This document shows positions 37,501 through 49,169 of a DNA stretch of 64,000 nt, in pieces (positions within the stretch are counted from its first letter, which is position 1; the number at the start of each line of letters is the position of its first letter). The notes under the pieces are model-generated. The model worked only from the letters and a program-made list of their open reading frames with translations. It had not been told where the DNA came from and searched no databases. Where the stretch lies: NCBI GenBank assembly GCA_000320545.1, contig ADNK01000427.1, positions 240,264 to 304,263 on the forward strand, given 5' to 3'. A program made the position numbers and the translations under genes. The stretch is from Bigelowiella natans CCMP2755. Its lineage: Eukaryota > Protista > Cercozoa.

Positions 37501-40500
37501 AACTTCCTGATCAAAGTGACATCCTTCGTCAAATTGATGAACTCAATCAACGGTACGCCGTGATATATCGACACTTTGTTTAAATGGCGTCGTTAATTAC
37601 TTTCTCATTGCCGAATTTTTCATCCATTGTAGGAAAAAGCAAGCTGCATTAAATGAGGACTTTGTCGGAGCTCAACAAATCAAACAGAAGGTACGGCATT
37701 CATTATATCAACAGCGCTATTAACAGACTGTTTCTGTTTTGGCTTCCAAAGGTTGAGGAGCTTCAAAAATCTCTAGATGAGGAAAAAAAGGGGATGGTTG
37801 ACGGCACGCGATTAAATTCTACTTTTATCAAGCAGGTTTCTTCGTTCCTTCATTCTTTACTGAGCAGTAGCACCATAATTGGGTGTATATTCAAATTAAC
37901 CTCTTCATCATTATCATCATCGTCATCATCATTCCTAGTAGAACATTAGAAAGATCGATCTTTCCCAATTTTGTTGATTTCTTGATCACAAATGCAGATA
38001 TCCGAGACTGTTCCTCTTCTCAATCATCTTGTACACGTTTTCAAGACTAATCAAGTGAATTTTGATAGTCAAATCCCTTACTCAAAGCAAAAAGTATGAC
38101 AGTTCACCTATGGAACATGAGAATTAATATGGTTGAATCAGAAGCATTTTAAATAGGTATTGGCTATACTTTCCACATGTTTAATATCGGTTTTCCATCT
38201 CGGAACCCAAAATGTGAAGGTATGTTTTGAACTCAAAACGAGGAAGTACTTATACAGAATCGATGCTTTTGATAGGAGGCTGAATCTCCTCTTAGCAGGG
38301 CGTTCAAAAATGCTAATGTGGATGCAGTACTCCTAGGACTTGAAACTCTGTCGGATGAAAAAAAAAATAATCATAAAAACGACCCAAAGCTAGCGATGCA
38401 AGCCGTGCTGTTCCAGTGCACAGGTCCAGCCATTTAATTCGAGATCCTGAACATCTTATTCTTGATGCGGCAATTTTCAGAGGTTGCCTTGGGATTTATG
38501 AAGCAGTCTTGTTTCGACGGCTACTGGGTTCAGGTCTCATACTTCCAAATGCACTACAAGAATTGACATGATGTCGGTTTCTCGTTCAATTATTAAATCG
38601 ACTGCTCATTTTGCAGCTACGACTCCTCGAATTGCGATTCGCAGTCCAAGTCCTTAGAGAGGCTAGGTACAAAACGCTCAATCTGTGTTTTCACAGCCGA
38701 TATCTCGAATAATGTATTATTTTGGCAGATCTTTCTGGGAGACCCATGTGGATTCTACTCGCTCGAGATTTAGACGTAATGTTCACTATGTATCATTGCT
38801 AACTTCTCGCTGTAACCATGTAAATGTTGTAGGGCGATTTTGGCAACTTGCAAATGCTATTTTGTCAACGCAAGACGTAGAGTATGGGTAATATGTACGA
38901 TCCATATGTGGACCAAATTGAAATTAAAATGGAGCTTCTTTTCATCAATATTCAAAGAGCTTTACCAGATACTCGCGTAAGATTCACCTGTGGCTATGTG
39001 GACACCTTAGTTGCAAATGTTCTTCATGATCTTCGTAATATTGATTTATCAAAAATATTTTTGTAGCTTCATATATTCCTGATTGCTTTTTAACATTAAG
39101 GTGTAACTGTAATGAAGTTGGAACCCTCGAAGTATGTGAAAATGGGGGACATTCTTCTGCCATCAGTATATACTTCGTTTGTATACATATAATGCAACTC
39201 CTTTAATTATCTGGAATATCCTATTCCCGTAGATTGTCGACATCGTACGTTCCCGACGCCAAAATGTGTCCAATTTAGGTTTATGTTTTATTTATTTTGT
39301 AAATGTGAATAAGGAAAGTATATAGAAGTATTAGTTTCGGTAACATGTTGATTACTTACGTTACAGGCTCTGAGATGCTATTTCAGTTGATGTTGCGATG
39401 CTGGAAAGCCCAGGAATCTTTGTTGCGTCTCGAAAACATAACTGGAGCTTACGTAAAAAGATACCAAATATGCATCAGTTTGTTTGAATCCGGTGAAGAT
39501 TTTATTTTCCGAACCCATTATTGATTTCTCGAAGGTTTATCGAGTGGTTACGGATACCTGCAAACCGAAGAAAACGAGAAACGCGTCTTCAATGTAAATT
39601 TAGAAGACACACATTTAAATCCGAGGCATTGATTGATAAAGTCACAAATTTCTCCTGATTTGATGCTTTCATATCAGGGTGGATTTGCGAGTTGAAGCGC
39701 CTGATATTTATCGCTACGAGCAGGTCTTTATTTCTCAGCCACATCGAGTTAATATGTAGTGGTGACTTGCCTCATATGTAGGTGTTCACAACGAGACTCA
39801 AAAAGGATTTGGATCGACAAATCGAAGTGAAGATAACTTATTAATTCTAAGAATGTCAACCAACAATAGCCATTCATCTTCTTTATGGTAAAACTTATGA
39901 ATACTACTATGTACAAGGATGGCTCCATAAATGACTTATCCTTCGTAAGCGCTTGCGACGGTAATGTAATTTGATGCCATTTAACCTCGGCTAACCTTTC
40001 TACTTTCAGATTTCTTCCAACGCACATCACTTCTCTTCAATAATCTTTATGAGGTTGAGACTACAGAAAAGGTAAAGACTCCGCTTTACCACAATTTGAG
40101 TTCAATCCTTACCTACAACTCTCCCCCCCAGAAAGCTACGAACGAAGATCGACTTGTAGATGTCCTCCTCTCCATTATTGGTATGCTACTCCATGGTCCA
40201 TTTTGTAAGCATTCTCAGTTGCAACAATGCTTTAGTCTCGTTTCAGACAACCGGAAACAAGGCCCTATTCGAGATTTATGCGTAATGATTTTCTAAGAAA
40301 CATAGTTCGCGGGAGTGTTGATCCTTCTATCATATTTGCATTTCAGAAATACTCTCCGTGAGCTTCATGAATCGGTTGACATACACATAAGGACCAGATG
40401 ATTATACATTGCCCATCTAATTGACTTCTGTTTAATCACACGGCACAGATGCGCAATTTCTTAGAACTTGGATATTCGTTAATGCTCCATGCAGACAGTC

Positions 40501-43250
40501 TTGGTACATTCAGTTCTTATCTCTTTCCTCTTTGATCATGAACAGCAATTTTAATGCAAGAAAAATCTATCTCCCACCTAGGTTGGAGCAATAAAACGCT
40601 TAAAGGTTAAATCGTCTTCCACATTTTATTAGTGAATTTTCTCCAACAGATTTCTGATGTGATGTAAAGTAATCGGATCACTCCCCAGTGAAACGGAGAC
40701 CACTCGGCACTTCGGTCTCTTACAAAAGGTAAATTTGGATTCAAACGAGTACCGCATGAGAGCTTGGTAGCCATGTGGTTAATATTAACATTATCGAACA
40801 AATATTATAGTTTGTGCTTTTATATGATTAGGCCAAAGACATTTTCTCCGGTGTCGGTTTCTACGGAAAATGTGCTGAGATATCTGGCAAATTAGCAGAG
40901 TCGCAGCGTACAACATTCTACAATATTCCGGCACTGTGCGACGAGCTAAAGCTGCAGGTGCTAATGCTAATGCTAATGCAACCGCCAGGAAAACCTTCAT
41001 AGGAATATTTTAATTCGATTTTATGGACTTAGGCTCAATACTACAAAAATATTATCCAAGCTGACACTATCTATCCAAAGTAAAATCCTGCAACCACTGG
41101 AGTGTATTAGTGTGAAAAGTCAACGATCGCAACAATAGGTACTATCTTGCAAGCTACTCTGGTTCCACAGCTTTTAATGAAGAAGTTAAGAATCGGTACC
41201 AACAGTATGTTTGGTGACGGTCCCGTCTTTAAAAACATCATTTAATGTTACTTAGGTCATTCATTTATCGTTCATGGCTTTCATATCGTGAGTTCTGTAA
41301 GAAATTGCAGGAGAAACACCCCAGAGCAAGTATCAATCGAATCCTAGCTATCAAGTCGTTTACGTATAATTACACATATTTTCTTTGGCTATCACTATCA
41401 TTAGAAATCCAAAAGAATACTGGCGATAAATTTAAGGATTCAGGGAATCAGACAGAGTATGCATTCAGTGCGCAGTAAAGTGTGTTACTCTCTGACATAG
41501 TCTACTTTCCAGACAAATGGTCGGTGTGACGACTGTCTTCACTTCTTCTTTGCAGAAAGTTGAGGGTTTGTACCGACACAATAGTTCACGAGTGTTTGTT
41601 TGTGATTTACATTAGTTTTGACATAACATATCCTAGGCAAACAGGATAGCTGGGATACTTCTGAGATGAACGAAAGGTAACTCAAATCATAAATCGCTGA
41701 CCTTCTTTCTAGGATACATAAAATAATCCGATCATTCTGCGATTTTACCTTTAGATATAAGCAGTATCTGAAGAAAACAAACGTTCAAGCTTTCACTTTC
41801 AAGCGTACTTACGCCGCAAATGCTCCTGAGGTATTGCATTGGGTTCTATATAGATGAATCTGAGAAAAGGTTGGGTATATTATAATTACAGGTGACTACT
41901 CTTATGAGGCAACACGGAACCGACAATATGGGATTGGGAGATGAAGGATCATTCGTCAAATCAACTCTGCATCCGAACATGTGCGTTGTGCAAACCTTTG
42001 TTCTCACTGAGGAAGCTTTTCCGTGTGCAAGGAGGCGTGTGCCAGTAGTGTCCCGAACCAATAAACTTCTCAGCCCTCTGCAGGTTATGAACCTTTTGAC
42101 ATATACACAAAGTTGGTGACATGTAAAAGTCAAGAAATTCTATTTCTACAAAGAAAATATGTATTAATTTAGGCTGCACTGGTCTCCATAAATGAAAAAA
42201 ATGAGCAAATACTGGAAGCAACAAAGCAACTAGCACTTGCTCAGTTCTCATCGGCAGAGGTCAGACCATTCTTTAAAGTTTCTGATTTATTTTTATACTA
42301 TATTATCCGTCCACAGTCCAAAGTAGGCACATCCCGTCTCATAGAGCAGTTGTCTCAACACTTGAATGGTATCATAAATAAGTTTTCACACTTATTTCGT
42401 TTAACAATGATAACTTGTTCTAGGAACTATTGATACTGGAGCTCAGGAAGGTGAATTAATTCTATCATGCCTATACGATGATAACAAATCAAGTCCCCCT
42501 TTTATGGTGGAGAGCTACCAGAAAAGGGAGATTGTGACTGTTCAAAAACTATTACTAATCTTAGTTACATAAACGGACTGTCGACGTCACCAACCTACAA
42601 GCATGTAATCTGAAATGTTTTCCCAATGATCAGGAATTCGTGGTTACATTCGCTCGTTTCTTGAGTCAGATTACCTTGATAAACAACCTGCAGACGGGAA
42701 GGTGTTGCAGCGTTGTAGCAGCAGCGAAGGAGCTGCCATCATTACATGATATATTCTTAATCACAGACTATCGTAGAGCTGAAAGTACAAATGAAAACAC
42801 AAACTAAACTCCTTGATAAGGTTAATATCACGCTATATGTTATAATGGGTTATATCTTTACATTTTTCAACCAACGATGTTCACTATCAGGGGCTGGCAC
42901 TCTTCGGAGAACATTGTGGGGAACAGCTAAAGCCGATGCACAATCACTTGCTTGTCATGCTAGCAAAGGTGGTCTATGCTCATTTGTTATGAATTTAAAT
43001 CCCGATAAAAATTATTTTTTGCGGATTAGTTGACAAAGGATGTTGCTGTGGCAATTCACTCAAGCGATAAACGTTATCTTCCTCGCCGTCAGAATACAGC
43101 ATCACTTGCAGCCAGTAAGTAAATCATTATAAACTCATGTGCTACATTTCGTCGTATTTTTATGTTGATGCTCTCTCTTGTACACGTGTACATCGTATTT
43201 AATTAGGTTCTGCAAGCATCATGCGCAGTAGCGTTTCCTTCGTAACGTGA
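31550..43250 (+). CDS. DOCK-family (dedicator of cytokinesis) Rho/Rac GEF, dozens of short introns; start approximate
   Basis: DHR-1/C2-like KNILVRAQLC...VYYHHNTPYFQE...HLPVDPENYHLYLKFFHC. DHR-2 lobes: SFIYRSWLSYREFCKKLQEKHP, FVLTEEAFPCARRRVPVV...LSPLQ, LNGTIDTGAQEGIRGYIRSFL. Last exon ends TGA 43248-43250; Pro/Gln/Ser-rich N-terminus. Confidence 0.88.
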
Positions 43251-44372
43251 CAACCCTTTAAATGCATTCGCATACGTCTAAAGTTGACGTCTTCAGCATA
43301 AGACTTTTGCTCGCACCTGCATTTCCGCCCAGCACAATAGCCTTATATTTTAACTGATTTGCAAATAATGAGTAGGTTTGATTGTCTTACATTTGCTTGA
43401 CAGTCAATTTTGGAATATACACAACGCTGTCGATGATATTAGATAATAGCCTCTAACTCTATTCTGACAAGTAAGTCCAAAGCATGTACATAGCATCAAA
43501 TTCGACGCTGCTGCTTCACGTTTGAAACTCAAATCTTCAAACATCATATGTGGTGCTAGACAAAGCAACCCCGCAGTAATTTGCTGCATTCTGTTTAATT
43601 TGCAGTCATAGCTTATTAGCTTACTCGAGGGTGTACATGCGTGCGCGGCGTGTCGCACTAGATCTAAGTAGCCACATGGGTGTAGAGATAGCAGTGCTAT
43701 GCGCGCGGCTTCAGCTGTGAAGATGCTAGAGACATGTAGAGGTTGCCGTAACGAGGCCTTTCTAGCTTTGTGCATTGTGTAATCTAGCATTGGACTTCTA
43801 GACATGACTAGATGAGAACGCTAGAATGCAGCGACGCACAGACGCATCGTCTGTCTCTATAGGTCTGTGCATGTAGACACAACTAGATGTGACGACTGAT
43901 GCATGTCTGCAGCAGCAATCTAAGCAATGCATTGCGATGCGCTCGATGGTCAAGCAGTCTAGCAGTCTAGCAGTCTAGCAGTGTCTACGAACGTACATGC
44001 TAGTATGCTCTAGTGCTGCCTAGTGCACGTTGTGTTTAATTGTCTGGACACATCTTGTGACACATGCTATGTAACACTATCTATAGCGCACTGGCATGCT
44101 AGCATGGCGCTTGCAGCAATACGATGAGCGCACTTACGTGTAGTCTAGCTAGCTAGTAGTCACGGCTCACGCCTAGACGTATGACGGTTGTCTTAAATGA
44201 AAAACATGCAGCGCGGTTGCTAGCTTGGAATGCCATGCTCATGATCTCGATGATAATGATAGTGTGCGCTGGTACAAGAGCACCGAAGCGGGCCGCAATT
44301 TTATGTAGTTTTTGCACATTTGAGTGCATGTAAAAACTTAAATTTTAAACTAATGAAATAACGAGTATTCTC

Positions 44373-45709
44373 CTAGACTATGCGGCTGCTACTGCCGTTC
44401 GCTCGGTAATACAATATCAGATTTTTGTCTGTTTCATGCCATCGTGTCTTCTTGATAAACTCCAATGTGTGGTCGTTGCCTAACACCTCGTCCTGACAGG
44501 TCAACTCGATCTAATGAACCCAAAGTAAAATAACATCAAATGATATCAGACAAAATCCAGCGGCATTACTACAACTACTACTGCTGCTGCTTCCAACCAT
44601 CTGCTAACTTCTGTTCTATAAGAAACATAAATTGCTGCAATCATGCAGGCACATATGTTGTGTATTGGAGTTTGAGGAGGGAGGAGGAGAATAGGGAGAG
44701 GGGGGGTTGCACAGCTACGAAATCGATATGAGAATGACATAAAATGCCTAAAAAATAGAGTGAGAAGAAGAAGAAGAGATTGCTGTTGGAATCTTCATTA
44801 CTTCATAATGATCATCATCATCGTCATCATCATCATCATCATCAATGAGCATACATCCTCGTAGTGGTTGAGCTTCAGTTTCATCGCAAGATACTTCTTT
44901 AGATGTTTCACTGTCACTTTGGGGGATGATCGGAGCCATGGCTTCCCCAGCTTCTTCATACTTGGCCCGGAAGATGATGAAGAGGAAGAAGAAGATGCGG
45001 CGGCAGCTGCAGTATGCTTTTCGCTATGATCAGTGTGCGTAGTAGAGAAATATAGTCAGTATGATGGGATTCTGCTGCATCATCACCCGCAGCAAACTAA
45101 TAAAGCTTTGTATCTATATAATCGGCAGCTGCTAGTAGCAGGCACTAGCTACGTCAGCTGCTTGCAATAGTAATGAAGAATAATTATTATTATTAATAAT
45201 AATAATAATAATAATAATGATGACGACAACGACAACGACAACGACGATGTCGCCACACCTGATGGCTCTGAGCTCAAATGTGAGATAGATCCTTGGCGTG
45301 ATCGCCTTCTTCTGCGTCAGATTGCTGTCGTTCTCCCTACTGTCGGTTTGGCCTCCACCGCTTGCTCGAGAAGGACTTTTGGCAGCGCCGCCACCGTTAG
45401 GAGGAGACGTGGCTCTTGTGTGCGTCCCTGCTTCACGACCACCATCTTTACTGTCAGCCCCCCCTTCAGCTATCGAGAGTCAAACGAGACGAAGGCCAGA
45501 AGGGAGAAGGGGAAAAGAGGGGGGCTTTAGATGATTGATGGGGAAATTCTTTGGATGTACTAAAGAAAAAGAGAGTTGATCGATTAGATAGTGAGAGGTG
45601 GCCAATGACCTGAGGAAGAGGTTGCTGCCGCCTTGTTTTCCGCATCAATCTTTTTGAAATGAGGCATCAACAGATCGACGATGTTCTGCTTTGTCCGATC
45701 AAACCTGAT

Positions 45710-45755
<46 letters not shown>

Positions 45756-46646
45756 ACGCACGCACACGGAGGACACATCTGATACTGTTTTTGTGCTCTG
45801 GGAAGAAGAAAATACAACGCTACCTGACGTGATTTTTCATCGGCTCTGCATTCATTAGGTTGCAGTGACAAATCGGGCAGTCCGACTTCTTCTGTGTCCC
45901 GACACGGTCATCCCGGGTGAGCAGATAATTGTACAAACACACTTTGCAAACTACGATGAAAGAGCAACGACAAAGAATGCAACAAGGATGTGAAGGTACA
46001 GCAACTTTGATGAGGAGATTATCGTGATTTGACCGCAACGAAAACTTTACTCCCCCACGATTCACACATCTCCTTCTTACATCTCCCTCTTCTATTCTGT
46101 ATCGCAATTCCTGATCTTTTGGTTATGTAGTACAGTTTATTACATGTGTGGAGACATTCCATGATTGTGTGCGCTTCTCGGAAGTATCCGTTGCAGAGTT
46201 TGCATGTAAGGTACTCATTCATGTCGGCTAGTTTAAACGAGATCTAATGAACACAACAGTATCATTAATTCGTGGAAAACGATGCGACGTGAGAGCCGAT
46301 GTGGTGTAAGAACCTCTCGCGCATCTGTGATCGGCTGTACGTGGCCAGCTTCATCGTCCTCATCTTCATCTTCATCATCGTCATCATCTTCATCTTCATC
46401 GTCGTCATCATTATCCGCAGACTCATTGGTCTTGGCGGTAACATCTTCCTCCATTTGTGCTCCTCCCCCATTACCAGATGACGACGACGGCAGGGCTGCT
46501 TTTTCCTCGGGTTCCATATCCATGGCCATGCTGCTGGAAGCGGGGGCCTCCGATACTTGTTGTACGGTAGAGTGGCCCTGCTCTGTCTCATCCTCGGTTT
46601 CCATTTTTGATGGAACCTCCTTAGCCTCCTCGCCTGTTTCCGCCAT
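44373..46646 (-). CDS. PCGF: Polycomb group RING finger (PCGF/BMI1/DRIP-like) RING + RAWUL protein
   Basis: RING: MNEYLTCKLCNGYFREAHTIMECLHT|FCKVCL...CPIC...R|FDRTKQNIVDLLMP. RAWUL: PWLRSSPKVTVKHLKKYLAMKL...IELTCQDEVLGNDHTLEFIKKTRW...LILYYR. Acidic N-terminal extension. Confidence 0.92.
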
Positions 46647-47131
46647 CGGGCAGGATAAGAACAATGACTGCGTGGGACGGATCAGAGGGGGGCGATGTGA
46701 GAGGTGATCTTAAGAGATTATTCTCTCTCTCCAAACTGAGCTGTCATTTAGACAAAATTAGACCCCGGAAACATCCTAATTATTGACACTTCGTGCACCG
46801 TTCATTGGCAAGGAGGGGATGTAAGTGCAATGCCCTGCGCCATCACTGGTGTTAGTCATGTCGCAGTTCCAATGTGCGCTGCGTCTTTCTCGCTGCTTTC
46901 TTTTCTCAGTTTTCTCACAATCCCAGAGATCGTGATGATGTAGTTTTTGTCAGTAATGATACAGGTGACTTCTGGCAAACTTGATTTGAAACGCCTCTGG
47001 GTCGAAAAAAGCATTGAAGTAGCATCCAATGTTTAAGAAAATGCATGCCGTTTTGATCGCATTTTCAGCTAAAAGCTTCTTTTTTGCGATGATTTGGCAT
47101 CGACGTGTTCGGATCTAGTCTCCTGTCCCGC

Positions 47132-47536
47132 ATGAACCCTTCCGCCCCCAAACCCCTTCAAAACGACAATTCCGAGGAGGATGGTGGGATGCAGACGTGC
47201 AGAGAGCAATCATTGAGTGCATTCAAATGACAGTTGGGGAGAACAAGGTCGAGGGGAAGAAAAGCGAAGACGTCTGTGTTTGGGCAGTCCCGAACAAATG
47301 CTTTCGCCATGAGCTCAGGTGAGGTCACGGACACGCACGTGCGGAACGCTCTCCACACTTCGAGAGCGTCATGCAGGTCAGCTGTGGGTTGACATATCTT
47401 GCTGCCTCGTCATCAACAAGTCAGAAGTCTTACGCACACCGGGACCGCGTATTGTCAACGTGATTCAGGACGCAAAGGACCCAAAGCTGCTGAGAAAAAC
47501 GTGTTGGAAATGCACAAGGAGATGGGCTTGCTGTAG
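47132..47536 (+). pseudogene. Putative degraded intronless ORF (135 codons, two in-frame TGA)
   Basis: ATG 47132 to TAG 47534-47536 in one frame, interrupted only by TGA at 47228 and 47390; only one Tyr and four TpA dinucleotides in 405 bp; no homology recognised. Confidence 0.4.
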
Positions 47537-48199
47537 CCTGGTCGAGGGTTACGCCAGCACGGCAGCACAGCAACAGTGCGTTGGTGAATGCTAGATCGGC
47601 GCAGCTCAGCTAGCTCAGCTAGTCCGCGCGTTTGCATGATCGTTTGTCACAATCACAAAAGTCATAATTTTGTGACAAAACTTGAGGGGTGCGGGCCATT
47701 GTGTATTGCATGTCTATCATGGGTGAGCGCAGCACTGACATGCTAGCATGGAGCATCATCCAGACCGCTTCACGGTGACAGAATGGATAAGATGTGCAAT
47801 GCATGTGCAATGTGCAAACGTGTCTATAGTTTTCCATTCTAGCATTCGCATGCCGCGCGTTTTGGTGAAAATCATCGCGATGCCAGGAGTTCAATTGTGA
47901 GTGCAAAAATGCCGCACATGCATTGCTGTGTGAATATATATGCGCAAAAGTAAATCCTTAAAAGACATTCTCCGCAAGCTTCATTTACTATTTTGAACCA
48001 TTTGTTCATTGTCCAACAGCTATACGTTGTGTGACAGCAAACCAGCACAGACATCCCTCACAGGTGCTAGTATACTAGTGCGCTGATTAGGCCAGCAGTT
48101 CAGTGAGCTGAAACTAAATGTTCCAATTGCATGGCTTTGTACATGAGATACAGAAGGAGCTTGCACATCCATTGCACTGTAGAACACATCATCTCGCCC

Positions 48200-49137
48200 T
48201 CAATATCGCGTTGTCCATTTTCCTCCCATCGCCTGCAACAACTCTCTCTTTTGCCTTTCATCTAGCAATCTGATAAGACACAAGAGGTGGTTTGTAGTTT
48301 GATCAAGAATAACTTGCAAGGTCATATCACTGGTGAGAAGAATAACCATAATGATGATAACAATGTTAACGATGATAGTGAGAATTGGCGCATTGTGAGC
48401 ACTAGGCGACTCTCTACACGCAACAGGCAGGTAGGTGTGCATGTAATGTGGCATTTCACGCTGTCACCTCCTTCGTTTTCGACATTTTTTGTTCTTCTTC
48501 TTCTTCCTATTCTTCAGCTGGTGGTGGTAGACGCGTTCCGTCGTCTGTGGCACCGAGCTTGGTTCCTGGGCCTTCTTTGCATTATGTGCTGAGAAACGCG
48601 TTCGATTCATTGATATGTGTACTACAAATAAAGAGTGAAACTTGAGGAAGAAACTTATTGTAACGGGAGACCACCTTCGTAACAAGCATAGCAGGCGTCC
48701 CAGTCACAAATACGACAGCCGTACATTTCGTGGCCCTCCGGAAGATTTATTCTAATTATGAATCATCAAAGATGCGGTGTTCGTGGAAGATCCTCATCAT
48801 CCATGCTATGAGTGAGTGAGTGCGAAGAGTAAGGGAGTAGAGAGATGAAAATGAAAATGATCGCATGCTGCTCTGTGACTTCTCTCAGCGTGCAAGTTGG
48901 TGGTTACCTTTTACAGACGTTGCAGTCGAATCCTTTGGTGTCAGTCAGGAACTTTTCTAACCGATGTTTCTCCGGGCAGAGCATCCTCTGCAAGGCTTTC
49001 AGCTCGGATTCTAAGGGCAGGATGGAGGAAAGAAGGGTGAGGGATTGATGATAGAATCAGGGAAGATATAGGAGAAGAAAGAAGTAGTAGAAGGTGGGGT
49101 ACTTTACAACTAAACAAGCGCTCGCACACACACACAA

Positions 49138-49169
<32 letters not shown>

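Noticed and set aside
40791-41000. Minus-strand ORF MKVFLAVALALALAPAALA... resembling a secreted peptide nested in DOCK
   Set aside because: Antisense to a DOCK exon; the ALALAL comes from an intronic (GCTAAT)n repeat.
47132-47536. In-frame TGA codons as selenocysteine or a variant genetic code
   Set aside because: No redox motif or recognisable SECIS, and other genes here (ELOC, DOCK) use TGA as a stop.
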